Positions 43,461 to 60,250 of a stretch of 64,000 nt of DNA are shown one piece after another. The notes under the pieces are model-generated. The model saw only the letters and a list, made by a program, of their open reading frames with translations, was not told the origin of the DNA and searched no databases. The position numbers and the translations under genes were made by a program. Position 1 is the first letter of the stretch. Each line of letters opens with the position of its first letter. Source of the stretch: Eledone cirrhosa (taxonomy: Eukaryota); assembly GCA_964016885.1 (NCBI GenBank), contig OZ024758.1:20460001-20524000 (forward strand), written 5' to 3'.

Positions 43461-43564
43461 AATAATATTATTAATATTATTATTGTTACATTCATATGTA
43501 AGTTATTGAAGATTATTTAATGGTTCTCTCCTGAACCACACAAACACACGCGCACACACACACA

Positions 43565-43606
<42 letters not shown>

Positions 43607-43610
<4 letters not shown>

Positions 43611-44092
43611 TTATTTTCTTTTGGTCGTTTTTGGAAGCCTCAACAATGCAGATGGGTAAGTCTCCGGGTAACGGGATCCGGCGGTGGAGAGAGAGATGTA
43701 AGGGAATGTAGAATGAGATGTATAGTGTGTAGAGGAACGTAGGAAGGAGGGTAAAAATTAAAAATAATAAAACGAGATAGAGTTACAGCAGAGGACACGT
43801 ACCGTTCCCCTTCGGCAGATAACTGGGGGAAAACCTTCCAGATGATGGATACGAATCCGAAATACAGGGACAATTAAATCTCTCCCGAGGTAACTCTATC
43901 TCGTGTTTTTTACTTTTTACGGTCTTTCCTGCGTTCTTCTACACACTATACATCTCATTCTACATTCCCTTACATCTCTCACATCACCACCGGATCCAGT
44001 TACCCGGCGACTTACCTGTCTGCATTGTTGAGGCATCCAAAACGACAAAAAATTATTATTCCACAATGCTTCAAGCAAACTTCAATACTCTC

Positions 44093-44098
<6 letters not shown>
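43607..44098. mobile_element. Fold-back element from a relative of the active PLE; HHR-like 43835-43870; ends inside ORF start
   Basis: Arms ~43620-43786 / 43890-44050. Right end CACAATGCTTCAAGCAAACTTCAATACTCTCTTA encodes MLQANFNTLL, the first 10 aa of the 879-aa ORF. Confidence 0.88.
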
Positions 44099-44164
<66 letters not shown>

Positions 44165-44167
<3 letters not shown>

Positions 44168-44316
44168 AGTGGGTGTGGTAAGATATTAGGTCGACTATAA
44201 AGCATTAGAGTACTCCATACTTGGGGTAGTAGCATTGCTAATATTAAAACATTCAGGACCCAAGTATGGAGTACTCTAATGTTTTATGGTCCACCGATTT
44301 TCTTACCACACTCTCT

Positions 44317-44320
<4 letters not shown>
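44165..44320. mobile_element. Fold-back of a family G-related 3' end; single copy at 46806-46883
   Basis: CATTAGAGTACTCCATACTTGGG / CCCAAGTATGGAGTACTCTAATG; TTATGGTCCACC..CTTACCACA. Confidence 0.75.
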
Positions 44321-44355
<35 letters not shown>

Positions 44356-44559
44356 GTGTGTGTGTGCGCGTGTGTGTGTGAGTGTGTGTGCGTCTATATG
44401 TATGTGTTCAGGAAAATATACGTAATAGAAAAATAATAATCAAAATCAACACCGGATAAATAGTGATTTCACTGCAATTGCAGGTGTGTGTATATATGTG
44501 TCCGATGGTTTCATACGGCTGACCACGTGCTCTGATACAAAGAGACGCTGTATGTGTAT

Positions 44560-45100
44560 GAGATTTATAGAATGCATCCCAACAGTCGAGGTTTTTATCA
44601 GATACGCGTGTAGATATTGTGATGTCTAAACTCCCCAAAATAACAAACAGAATGTATGATAAAGTGTATTCTGATATTCCGCTTCGGTACAATATCGATT
44701 TGAAAAGTAATCAGTAAAAAATATTCTATTCTGTTTTATATTGTTTATTTTTTTTTTTTACATTTACTACAGACTAAAGTTTTCTCTTAAATTGAATTTC
44801 AGTGAATCTTAGATTACGGGAAACTTCTGTGACATCTTTCTTAAGTCTCGAGTGTATTAGATATTGTTGAGTATGTGTGGATATATTCCTTTTCATAACA
44901 TATCGATTTAATTTTGTCTTCGAAATTTATATTACCTGTTATTTCTCGGATTACATCTCACGTTTTCATTCCTTAGTGATTGTTTTAATAAACAGATGTC
45001 GTAGTGTTTCTGTTTTGGAACTAGAAATCAACTGTCATGGTGTCTGCCGTCGATGAAACAATATGTTTGTACTTTGTTCCTGATAATCATTAATATTTCT
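44560..45100 (-). pseudogene. Possible decayed PLE RT fragment
   Basis: Ordered remnants resembling IV..AD(KG), (P)KIH and ILGSLDIT; frames broken. Confidence 0.35.
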
Positions 45101-46764
45101 GGTATAGTCAGGGAGTTTAATGATCTCTCAGTCGAGTTATTACAAGATTTTCTGATCCTTTCGCAGATATGTTTTTAATATGGCTGTATTTATTAAATAT
45201 GTTCTTTTCCACTTGAGATCTTCTAGATATATTTGTTCTTTATATTGTTTCTAACATGTTTCTTTATTGTTTCGGAGAATTTCTACATGGGAAAAATATT
45301 TCCTCTTTATCCTCATTTTAGTTAGATTGAATTTACACAGGTAAGATCTCTCCATTCTTCGATAAGTGTTATTTGTTGGTGTTGTATTGTTCCCCTATGA
45401 TTTGTTCCAGGTGATCCCACAGAATAAGGATGAGCTAGGACTGAAAAAAGAAATTCAAATTACGAAAAATATTACCCAAAATGTCAAAAGTGATATCCGT
45501 TTGAAAAGGAAGTTAATCAAATTATTAGAAAAATGTCATAACACATAAGGAAGACATTCAACCCGGACTAATATTCGAACCCACGACAGTATGGCTCTAA
45601 GAAAAACATCATTACGACTAGCCCATGCGTCTCAACAAACGCAGTAAGTTCACAGACAAGCTAGAACCAGTAAACCTGTTTGTATATTCCGATACAATTG
45701 ATGTAAATATAACTAGTTGTGCTTCACATCATTGAAGTATTGTTTTTAAACTGTAAACGTATGTATGTGTGTCTATGTGTGTGCGTTTAACGATAGAGCG
45801 ACATAAATATATATAGAGAGTATTGATTGATGACTAAGAAGGTGTACTGTGGTGTTGGGTATTTAATAACTTATCTTCATTAGTCTCGAAGATGAAATAA
45901 CGAATACCAATAATTGTTGATGTCTAAATTTAATGTTTTAATTTCTTATGAAGTGAGTTTTTGCTTCGGGCAATTGTTTTGAATTTGCTATACAAAAAAT
46001 CGTGTTTAGATTCATTAAACGATGCAGCTATTTCTGTCATTCAATATTATTTAAACACATTTACCTTACACAGTTTTAGGTTTATGTCGGGCGTTTATGG
46101 CTGGTTATGGGCCGATTGTTTGGAACATACCATATATTCTGGTGTCACTGTATATCTTCCTTTGAATACGAATGTACATTCATGTTACGAGTAGCATTTC
46201 CCTAAATGTTGAGATATCAGTTATAATACGTTATTGACTATAAGCAATGGGTATGCAGCTGAAATACAATTGATGTTTATAGGAGTCGTTCTGAATTTAT
46301 CAGCTTATGTTATTATCATTTATATTTTCCCATGTGTAATCTCATGTTAGAGAGATAATGAGTATTTAAACAAATAAAGATACCTTATATTTCATATCAA
46401 AATATATAAAGATGTCTCATGGCACGTTTCAGTACACATTCCCTCCGAATTGCTTTAGGCAGATATGCTTTCTGGGAATATTTCGATTCATCCGGTTGCA
46501 TAATTTATACGGTATTTGCACAGTCGTCGAATGGTTGTTGATCCATCCCGTTTTGATAGAAACGAAAGGTGTATTGATTCGTAAAATATTTACACAAAGG
46601 TTTTAAGGATTGTTTGGCATTTCCCTCAAAGATTCCATTACCTATTCTATCGTGTAATGTAAATGAAATACATAGAGAGGATATTAGTGAATAACATTTC
46701 ATCATACACTATATCAATTAAAGTAATTTTATCTTTATAAAAACAGTTATAACACAACTCCTCG

Positions 46765-46803
<39 letters not shown>

Positions 46804-46893
46804 TACACCCACTCTACTACCATATCTATTGAGTACTCTGGTGCGTTATGGTGCATATGTTTCCTTACCACACCACCTTCGTCATATATATAA

Positions 46894-47005
<112 letters not shown>

Positions 47006-47174
47006 GTATATATATATAAAGTATATATGTATGTATATATATAGATATATAGATATATGTATATACGGTATATATGTATATACATATACAGTATATAGAT
47101 ATATGTATATATGTAGATATATGTATATAGATATATGTATATATGTATATACATATACAGTATATACAGTATAT

Positions 47175-47517
47175 ATGTAAATGAACAAAAATATATAAAC
47201 AAACATAAATAAAAACACGCATATACACGCGGATGTAACACTTACAAGCGGAAACTAAGCACACAACACAAAAACACAATGGCGTAGGACAGAACAAATG
47301 AGAGGCACAAAACAAAGAAAAAAATCCACGGTCACATTAATAGATCACAGCATGTGTGACGGAATAACTTTGACAATATATGAATAACCGTCCGGTTTGG
47401 GAACCAATCAACCGGTAATATATAAATGTTTTAAATTTATAATTTAATTGATAATAAATTGGAGTGAAACTCCTTGTGCGGTTGTTTCTAATTAGCAACC
47501 TAACCCTCCCAAAGTAT

Positions 47518-47522
<5 letters not shown>
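47175..47522 (+). mobile_element. Older diverged family A copy
   Basis: GGCGTAGGACAGAACAAA..; ends CCCTCCCAAAGTATAACAA-(TA)n. Confidence 0.8.
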
Positions 47523-47562
<40 letters not shown>

Positions 47563-47668
47563 AAAATGTGGAGAAAAAGACGATTATTAGGAAGAAAAAT
47601 GTTTTTCCCTTTTATTTTTTTCTCTTTCTTCTGACTCCCTTAATATAATTTAATTTAATTTAATTTAA

Positions 47669-47742
<74 letters not shown>

Positions 47743-48247
47743 ATTATTATTATGTAATAAACAACATAAGGCAAATATTCCATTTTCCAGTGGTTTCTTA
47801 AAAGCAAAAGGTTTTAAGCAAGCTATATGAAAGTGACGCTGGAGAAGGAAGAAGGAAAGGAAAAAATAAAAACAAAATAAGACTACCCATACAACCACAC
47901 ATACACGAAAACACACACACACACACACACACGCACACACACGCACACACACACACACACACGCATGTGTATGCGCGCACGCACGCACGCGTATACAAAT
48001 ATAAATATATATATATTTCCCCCATACACATGTGTGTGCGTGCATGCGCGCATACGCGCAGGGTATGTTCTGTTGAAAGTGTCTCGTGAATTTATGGCTA
48101 CAGTTGTATAGATTACACTTAGAAATTGTCCACAGAATTCCCCAATATATATATATATATACTGATGAAGGATCAACTTTATTCATATGTAACCCATTTG
48201 CAACCACGCAGCACGTTTATTCTCATATTTACCTATATATATATATA

Positions 48248-49083
<836 letters not shown>

Positions 49084-49092
49084 GTATATATG

Positions 49093-49184
<92 letters not shown>

Positions 49185-49190
49185 TATGTA

Positions 49191-49239
<49 letters not shown>

Positions 49240-49242
49240 ATG

Positions 49243-49285
<43 letters not shown>

Positions 49286-49286
<1 letters not shown>

Positions 49287-49708
49287 AACTCATTAGAGTC
49301 AACGGCCATCCAAAAGTGTTAAAAATATGTATATACACATGTACATATGTAGGTATATGCGTGGGGACATAGATATAGTCGAGCTGAACATCCGATCGCG
49401 CGGTTAAACCATTGGCAGTGAAGAACTCCTTGCCTTTGTGAGGCCATTCTTATAGGAGAAGGCAACTCAGGAAACGAGGATAACTCCGATATAAAATCTG
49501 CGGCTCAGTAGTTACCGATGATGTTGATCTTTTCTTATTTTCGGGTTACAGCTACTGTCGCTCAGAGAGTGGGATTTGCTCAGTGCACAGTATTTACACA
49601 CTTTAAAAAATATCTTCACGCACTGTCATTGCACGATAGAATTAGTTAATAATTATTGATAATTGTATATCGTCAAATGGCCATACTCGTTAACGAGGGG
49701 GCAGCCAT
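49286..49708 (+). mobile_element. Diverged family F relative
   Basis: AGAGTCAACGGCCATCCAAAA, TAGGAGAAGGCAACTC, GGCCATACTCG..ACGAGGGGGCAGCCA are collinear with 60711-61318. Confidence 0.65.
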
Positions 49709-49719
49709 TATGTATATAT

Positions 49720-49818
<99 letters not shown>

Positions 49819-50544
49819 TCCATGTATGTGTGTGTGTACATGTGTATTTGCATGTGTATGTACGTGTGTGTTTGTACGTGTGTGTTTGTGTGTGTGTGTG
49901 CAAATGTCTGTATGTGAATATGTATTTGAGTATATTAGTGAACGAACGGGGACATCGTACTCATTGTTCAAATGTTAGTGTGTATATAATATTTGTACTA
50001 ACAAACTCTGGAAACGTACCTGCATGTTACCTCTTACAAATTCTTTAAATGATAGAAAAGGGAGGGCACAGTTTTGATATATAAACTAAACATTTGCGAA
50101 ACAAAATGAAAGATGGTTAATGAACACGATTCATTTTGTTATCGAAAACAAAACCCTTAGAATATGTGTCTCCTCTTGATGCTTTCCATTGTGTAAAGCA
50201 GAGCTTGTTATTTATGTTAATGTCCGTGCAAACGTGATATTTTACTGCCGTCCTTGTCATATTTAGAAAATAGTCGTATTCATAGGAGGCGGCTATAACT
50301 AATTACATCCTTTTGTTAATGCGCAAATAAATACCCCTTGTCAATAGCATTACTGGAAATATACAATCCCAAAACTGACAAAGGAATCAGTAAAAGCGCT
50401 GGCCAGCATTATCATATCAAATTACAAGACGGTGTTATCAAAGAAATGTTACAGACGTAACAAATCTAATATTCGTAAATGAAAAGTTACTTGAATGCAG
50501 AATGTAAGATTTCTGTCTACTGGAATCTTATCTCCATCACCGGA

Positions 50545-50690
50545 GTTGGCTACCCGCAGGTGTGAACGTCGTGAGCTGGAAAGGCTCTTAAAACGTGTCT
50601 TCCTCACCTTCCTCCGGGGCAACGCCTTCTCTATATTGTCCACCGGCTGTTCCGTAGGGCGGCCAACGCGTCCCCATGCCGCATTTGTTT
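50545..50690 (+). pseudogene. 3' end fragment of a CRE-like (restriction-like endonuclease) non-LTR retrotransposon
   Basis: ERRELERLLKRVFLTFLRGNAFSILSTG resembles the CRE C-terminal motif E..L.QRLS.A..RGNA..IL; GC-richer than flanks. Confidence 0.6.
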
Positions 50691-50691
50691 T

Positions 50692-50882
50692 TAATTGTTT
50701 CTACTTTTGACACAATGCCAGCAATTATCCCTTGGAATTACTGGTACTTTATTTTATTGACCCCGTAAGGATGAAATACAAAGTTAACCTCGGCCCGATT
50801 TGAACTCAAATCATATAGGGCCATTGCTCTATGATGTAATACATAGCGTCCAATCCTCTACCGAAACTGCCAATCCACTGCC
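50692..50882 (-). mobile_element. tRNA-derived SINE
   Basis: Same family. Confidence 0.83.
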
Positions 50883-53310
50883 GTTGGGAGAGCGAGAGAA
50901 ACGAAGGCAGTGAATGTACCAACATTGATGAAGTATTTGGTAGCCTGTAATGGGCAGCTACTAGAAAACTTTACATCTTGTGTATTGTTTTAATTGTGAA
51001 CGAAAGATCATGGTTGGTGTCTTGTTACAGATTGTTTCCTTGCTAATTATTTTAAAATGTCCAATTGCTAAATGGGTTGTTGGCAACATTAAAATTAAAT
51101 GAAGCCGGGAGAAACTAAATATAACAGTGCTAGGTATTTGGACAATTAATTTAAGAAGTATGTAGTTAAGAGTTTACAAAATAAATGATTAATTTATCAA
51201 AGATATTTTCTGAGGGAAAAAACGAAAACTAAAACCTGACTTTAATTAGTAAAACCCCTGGGAAAAAAGAGATAAATTTAAAAATAAAAACAATTATGTA
51301 TTAACTTTCGAATTGCCTAGCTTAACGAAGGACGAATGAATAGTTGATAGGTGTTTCAATCGTCAGATAGAGAGAGCAATGTAGACATATATCTTGTGGC
51401 CTAAATAGTGAGATTATCACCATATCGCAGACCTCCTCAACAGCTCTCCAGCTGAATTTGGCTGAAGGGAAGACGTTTTTGCATGAATCAAATGTGAAAT
51501 GAACTGAGATAATATAGCTCATTATAATTAATTACTTAACAAAGATTAGTTTTCCTCCAGCCATTTATCTACGCCACTCTACTTGTGTTGGCCATTATTG
51601 GTCTGAGTTCAAATCCCCCTGGGCCCAACTTTGGTTCTCACATTTTCGTGACAGATAGATTATATACCAGTCATTTCAAGGATTGTCAGATTTATTAAAC
51701 TCCGTATATATAGTTCAGTTTTATCAGTTCTGAGTTCAAATGCAGTCTAATTTCATGTGTTGTAAACAGCAAATACTTTCACTAAACAAAAGACAATTGG
51801 ACACGCCGGATCATATATGATGATCGACGCCCCGCATTTATCATGCAAATTCTTCGAATAACAAGACCTCACTAAATAGAGCACCCTGACATCCTGTTTA
51901 ATAAATATACACTATTGAATGTTCAATTACCTACATTCTGATACATTAAAATAGTTGTGTATATGCGTGAATGTGAAAAGAATTAATGTATTTGATTCCA
52001 TAAGAGAAAAGGAAAATATGCATTACGATTTTGTACAATATGTATTCATTTAAACATTGCACTGTTGCCTCATAGTAGTATCTTGAACTTGTAATTATTT
52101 TGTTAAGAATTACGGAAATGAAACAACGTAATTAAGTAAATACCACAGACACAATCTATATTCTGTTATTAAAAGTCATTTCTCATGGGAAATATAATTC
52201 CATTAATATTGTTTCGTTTATCAGGAAAGATAATATTAAATGGATCTGATTTATACAACTAGTCACTGAATAATTTATGCATTTAACCAAATATAGCAAG
52301 GGTGTTTTACATTTTAATAATTTCGTTGCTAATATAAAATATCTGATGATAAATAGACAAACAAAAACATCCCAAATGGCAAATCATATATTCATTAAAT
52401 TCGCTTTTGCCAATTTATCATCTTTGAAAAATCAAAATAAGATTTAATTATTTAGTAATGAATGATACATATTAATTTGTAGTAATTTAAAATCATGTGA
52501 GAGTTACAGAAGTCATTGCTAAACAGAGACAAATCAATTTCCGAAATGTAACTTATTTTTCTGTTTGGTTAGATATAGTGCCATATCTCATTGCATACCC
52601 TCCAACGTTGTTGGTATTTCGTGACAGAAAAACTGATCAGACTCTCTGGAAAATTGTATTTCCTTTAAATACATCTAATGGCTAATAATGGTTAAAACCT
52701 GGCGCTGGGTTAAAGGCAAGGTCTTTGTGTCAGGGGTGTACGAGGGGACAATCCTCCCTCCACCACTTTTTCAAACTTCTGTGTTTTATTTTTTGTCAAT
52801 TTCATATAATACATTTTTTTAAGCTTATTTTTATTTACTGTATAACATTTAATTAGCGTAAAATGTTGCTTATGTGATAGGGTCCTGGAAAGGCACCATG
52901 AGCAGTCCTAACATGTTCCTTTAAGAATCAAGAAATGTTGGTTTGTTCCCTTCACCTTTTAGGCAAACAAGGCCTCTGGTTCTAAGTACCACTGAAGCAT
53001 GCCACTACAGCATTTGAACTAAGAAGATGATGAGCCAGAAAGATCGTAGCATGATATTCAGTGTTCCATTGCTTTTATAATATATAATGCAGTTTTTTCA
53101 TTCCAAATATACTATACTACTTTTAGATCAATACAATAAAGGTTTGCATAATGTGTGCAAATAATTGTTCATTAAGTCAATTAAAATATGAAACCGGCAG
53201 TTGTTTACCAAAGGGATTATTGGACGCAAGCTTTTGTTTTGACAGCAATATGTAATATTTCAGTATGAGGAACTATACAATCACAAAATGGATGTTAATT
53301 ATGCGGTGTC

Positions 53311-53696
53311 ACAGTATCGGTAGAGGGTCATACACCATTCTTTGCACCATAGATGTATGGCCCATTACTTTCTGAGTTCAAATCGCACCTACGTAAACAT
53401 TGCCTTTCATACTTACGGGGTAATACAATTAAGCACCAGTAATACGCTGTGATATTTGCTGGCCATGTGCCAAAATGTAGAAACAATATTAGAAGTATAA
53501 TTGCTTATCATTATCTATTGGCAGTATCGGTAGAGGGTCGGACGCCATGCTTTCCAGCATAGCTATGTCCCTTTGTGATCTGAGTTCAAATCCCGCCGAG
53601 GTTGACTTTGCCTTTCATCATTATGGGGTCGATAAAATAAAGTACCAGTAATGCAGTGGGTAATTGCTGGGCTTGTGCCTAAAGTAGAAACAATTA
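53311..53696 (+). mobile_element. Two tandem tRNA-SINEs (53311-53490, 53517-53696)
   Basis: Same family. Confidence 0.85.
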
Positions 53697-54672
53697 TCTA
53701 TAAAAGGCAGATTGTTTTTGTGTGTGTGTGTGTGCATGTTCCATGTTTATACGTTTGCACAATTTCAAACCGATTCGACTCAAAGTCTGTAAGAACGTTG
53801 TAAATGGTCTAACAACTATTTATTTATTTCAAACTCACCCACAATTACGGAAATAATCGATAAACCTAAATAAATGACGCTTTGACCCTCTAATACAATC
53901 TGATTTCTTCTCTCTACTCTCCTTAAAAATCGATAAAACTACATACATGCTGCAACGTTCTCTTATATACGCTTAAACCTACAAACTTCCTTTTCAGAAC
54001 GCCGAAGAAAGAATAGAGAAAGAAATGAAGGAGAGAGAGAGAGAGAGACAGACAGAGAGAGAGAGAGAGAGAGAGAACGTTTGTTTTTGAGTGTGGAACG
54101 GTCAAACATTTATTTACTTCAATGACAAAGAGAACGTATTACATTTCATACGAAAACAACACTTATTCAAAAGCAACCGATAAATGTATTCAACAACAAA
54201 AAAATACCGATAAATCTTTTTTAAAACGTCTCTCAACGAACGTGGAAGAAATAAGTATCAGTTTATTTACAATACACAATAATATCCTCTATGAGGTCAC
54301 TAAACCTGCTACAAACACCAGCTAACTCTCCCCCATATCACACTTCTCCCTACTGTCTTAAATTTAGAACACACACATTAGACAACCATGCAGAACAACT
54401 CCATCGCAGCTCTGTTGTTCGGCTGGCATCGCCTACGCCCGTGTTGCGCAGGTACTGTGAAACAATAAAATTCAACACTTCTTGGCACAGAGATAATATC
54501 CTTAGGCGAAACTACAATTGTCACTGCTGGCGCAGCTCCTGCTTCGGCAGTCCAGATCAGCAATTCATTCACCCAGTGCCTGGCAGACAAAAAAAGTGCT
54601 GCCATAAAATGGGTGTTGCAACCTAACTTTGGTAACTTACTGACCCCGAGCAACGCCGGGCCTTAATGCTAG
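53697..54672 (+). mobile_element. Non-autonomous Helitron
   Basis: A|TCTATAAAAGGCAG 5' end, subterminal hairpin CCCGAGCAACGCCGGG, CTAG|T 3' end, no TSD. Confidence 0.75.
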
Positions 54673-55446
54673 TATCGTATAAGTGCACTATATACCTAAT
54701 GCATTATTGTAATTGGGTATATGTGTGCTTAGTGGTATTTTAACATGTTTGCTCGTACGTGATTCGTGTGTGTGTTTGCATCATTATGAATTCTTTATTT
54801 TTCTATTATATTTTCACACATCCACATATTTGCCAAATCAATCTGTTTCTTAACACCCTCCTAAAATTCACTCAATGAGTTTCACCATTACGAGCGCAGT
54901 GTGCCCTAAGTACAATTTGTTTTTTTTAACGATATTTTCCCCGTTCAGAATTAATACTACATAATGTCTAGCTGATAGTATTTGTTTATACACCATTAAA
55001 TATCTAATCAAATCAATATTTTAGAACCTAGCCTGTATAGTTGTTTTGTTATTGTACAGAACACGCCTAGTAATGATGTAGCAACGGCTGACTCAGAGCA
55101 AAATAATGACATATCGGTCAAAGGCGTACACAAGTCAACGGATGTTTTTCGTTATAAAATAGTCACTTAGTGAAAATAGGAAAATAGAAAAAATAATAAA
55201 TAAATACATTACGTAATATGCATCGATTGAATGTTGTCTGTTAACCCGATTTCAAATCTCTGTTTTAGAAAATGTTCACATTGCATTGATTATACTCAAT
55301 TGTTTAATTTGTGTCTTGCGTGTACTTACACACACATAATCAAGCATATACAAGCGCATGTATATACATGTATACACACAGAGATCCACATATAACCATT
55401 GTTAGACATTGTTTCTATGTATGTATGTATGTGTGTGTGGGGGTTA

Positions 55447-55491
<45 letters not shown>

Positions 55492-55702
55492 CTACGAGAA
55501 GATTTGAAGCATCGGGAAGAATACATTGCATCCATTGTTCTGGGTTCCTGAGTTCCCATTTCAAATTTCACACCACGACTTTATCAAAAGCAGCGAAAAA
55601 GGACTAAGTTTATGTTAGTATTTATGAATATCATTACCATACATTTCTCCCGTTCATTCTTCTTATCACTCTTTCCTTCATATTTTCTTTTCAATTTCCA
55701 AC

Positions 55703-55739
55703 TCTTCTGATGGAAGGACTAATGTCCGAAAGTTTAAGA
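55703..55739 (+). ncRNA. Decayed hammerhead motif in probable PLE 3' end (~55490-55815)
   Basis: TCTT CTGATGG AA GGAC-TAAT-GTCC GAAA GT TT AAGA. Confidence 0.55.
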
Positions 55740-56609
55740 CATTCGTTTCAAACGTGAACATGATATATTTCTTCCCTGTACTCTATATTTGGTGTTGTTG
55801 TTTTCGTTTATAGTTCACATACATACACACAAAACCACACACACACGCAGATACATGTATATATAATATATATAATTGCTTCTGACTATTCATGGGTTGC
55901 GTGAATTTCTACAAAGATGAATATCATTTCCTCACATATTTTGAGATATTGAAAACCAAACTTCTCTACGGGACTCAATAGTTTCTAAAACATATACAAC
56001 TTTACTACACTAATATTTAGTTTAATAAACCGTCATTAAAACACTGAATGCGGTTTAACCGAAACGGCCCTGTCTTATGGGGATGTATATAAGCGATAGA
56101 TAAATGTTCCTTCATAATTCTAGGATAAACATTCATCAGACCTCTGAAAGTCTTGCGGGGTGTGTGGCTTCTAAAAGTTTGTTTGTTCGTTTGAAATAGT
56201 GGATGAGGTCAACAGTTTGAAATAGTGGATGAGGTCAAAAGTTTGTAACATTCTGAACACTGCTAAAGGAACGAAGTAGGATACGGTACATTATACTATA
56301 TTATACATGATTTCATATTTGCCTATAGATATAAGAAAATTGAATAAGCTCGACTTCTTATCATATATGGGATCAATTTATAGTGTTGCATCAGATTATT
56401 AAATTTCTCTGCTGAAATATGTATGCAGTGTAATACGATACTAACCTCTCCACAATGAGACGGCTTCTTCAAATATTGTCAATTCTAGTTTCCATTAAAT
56501 TCTAGACATATTAAAATAGAAAGATAGAATTAATTTCATACTTCGTTTGGAATATGGGTATAAGCTATACGTACACAGTTCTTATCATTTTCTCAATGGA
56601 TATATGCAT

Positions 56610-57500
<891 letters not shown>

Positions 57501-58112
57501 ATGTATCTACATATGAGCATGCGTGTGTGTGTATGACTGTTTATGTCAGTGTCTATGTTCAGAAGCAAGAGTATTTACGAATCTGATGATCTATATACGC
57601 TATACCTGCAATACGTGAAGTTGTATATTATATGAATTAAAAGTTACGTTTTCTTGGTTATATAATATTATATTATGAAGAAATTGCATGTACGAAGACC
57701 GTATATTACATTCGTTTAATAAGGTAAATCAATTGGGAAATTAATTTTGATTAGAGATAGTCTCTTGGATACTCTTCACAGCAATAAAATTGCTATCATA
57801 TAATATGAAGCTATCCACAGTACTTTTGATCTCTGGTGTAAATATGGTTTACTGAATCGTTTGATATAGTGAGATACTTGCGCCAATTAAAAGTCAAATC
57901 TAACGCAGCGCTGGAGAATCTACATACATACTCATGTACTCAGCAACATCAATTTCATGAAAGGCAATTTTAAATTGAAAATTACAAAATTAATCAATGT
58001 TTTCTTTATAATATATCTTACCAAGATGGACGTTTGTATGCATCGTAGGTAGGTCTGATTCCTTCACGTGCATGCTTACTAACATAAAGTTATATGTAAA
58101 TAGCCAGTTAGT

Positions 58113-58149
<37 letters not shown>

Positions 58150-58292
58150 ATATATTGATTGATTGATTTCCAGATAATTTAACTATAGAAATATAAAAGA
58201 TACAAAACCGGAAACAAACCCAAACCAGACAGTGAGTGTGTTCTGTTATTATTTCTGGCAATATTATAACAATATATATATATATATATTAT

Positions 58293-58473
<181 letters not shown>

Positions 58474-58487
58474 ACACATATATATAT

Positions 58488-58557
58488 ATTTATTAAAATA
58501 ACAGATTAAAGTCTAAGCAAAGAATCGCTGGTATCCCAACAATTTAAATAGAACTTT

Positions 58558-58560
<3 letters not shown>
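58488..58560. mobile_element. 73-bp chimeric insert: family D short end (-) joined to family K long end (+)
   Basis: TTTATTAAAATAACAGATTAAAGT..GAATCGCTG|GTATCCCAACAATTTAAATAGAAC. Confidence 0.65.
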
Positions 58561-58633
<73 letters not shown>

Positions 58634-59858
58634 TATATATTCATATATGTGTGTATGTATTTATATATATATATATCATAAACAAAACTATGTATTCGAC
58701 CAAACTCAATTCATAATATCTCATATATATCATATAATATTCTGGAAAGAAATTCGAAGCCGAGTGATAAATGTAAAGACGATGCATAGATGCTAGCCAC
58801 GCCACAACCTAGAATTATAATCCACAAAAATATAATATAATACACAATATAATACACAAAAATCCTAGTCATATATTAAACATTATTTTCCACTTTCCGA
58901 AGAAATAGTACTGATTGCTCAAACTGGGGAACCATCAGTAATAAAACGTTACACGTTTATACTCTATGTATATATATAAATATATATATATATGTATGTG
59001 TGTATGTGTAATTATATATATTCACTCAGTATTAACGGTCGCAAGACGGCATATACAATAACATTACTTACTACGGCTAAGCTTTTACTAAGAAGACGCA
59101 AGCTTAAACTGAATATATTTTAAAATTCTATTCAAATCATATTTCTGATAGACAACATTAATTATTGATAAACATTTGCCTTTGAATCCTAAGTATTACT
59201 TGAATTACATGAACATTCAATAATGTTACGAGTTTCCTATGTTCATTTTAACTATATTAATTTACTACTAAATGTTGCTCTAACAAGCGATTCCTATTTA
59301 TTTTCAGATTGCTGAAACTAGAATTATCAGCAGATAGTGATTTAATTTGTCTACAACATATAAAAAGGCGCCACAACAAACTATTGCTGCATAACAAACG
59401 CCTGTGCTGCAATTTATCTGTACTTATGTCTATTTTATGTTAAAGAAATAACGCACATAACTATTTTGTCAAAAGGAATTGCCTTTTAACATACGAATAT
59501 ATATTTTCACGGATAATTGCAATGTGTTTTATTGAAAATCTATTTAAAATACCTTATCATAAAGGTTATATAATCCTATGACAATCAACACACGTTGGTC
59601 TCTGGAGAGTTCAACGCTAGTGTGGTGAAATAATTAAGGTTGTGTCCAAAAGGCAAGGTAAGTAATAAAGCTTTACATTAATCTGGCCGTGCGAATAATT
59701 TATATATTAATTCTTCGTAAGTAATGTTTCACTTTATCAGGAACATACATCTTCAATCTAAATAGATAAGCTATGTATTCTTACAGCAAAAGCAGATTAA
59801 TAGTTGGTAATATTCTAATTAATAGTACAAAGTGCACTATCGTATTTTCTTTCAGAAA

Positions 59859-59969
<111 letters not shown>

Positions 59970-60032
59970 GTGTGTGTGTGTATGTATGCGTGTGTGTGTG
60001 TGTGTATGTGTGTGTGTGTATATGTATATATT

Positions 60033-60084
<52 letters not shown>

Positions 60085-60125
60085 TGTGTGTATGTGTGTG
60101 TATATATATATATTTTTATACAAAT

Positions 60126-60249
<124 letters not shown>

Positions 60250-60250
60250 C

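Noticed and set aside
54291-54653. 111/91-aa ORFs inside the Helitron
   Set aside because: No Rep/helicase or other recognisable motif.
56189-56245. Short tandem duplications (also ~62545-62656)
   Set aside because: Ordinary two-copy local duplications.
59300-59665. Possible host exon (TTTTCAG acceptor, AAG|GTAAGT donor)
   Set aside because: Stops nearby and no recognisable protein; needs RNA evidence.
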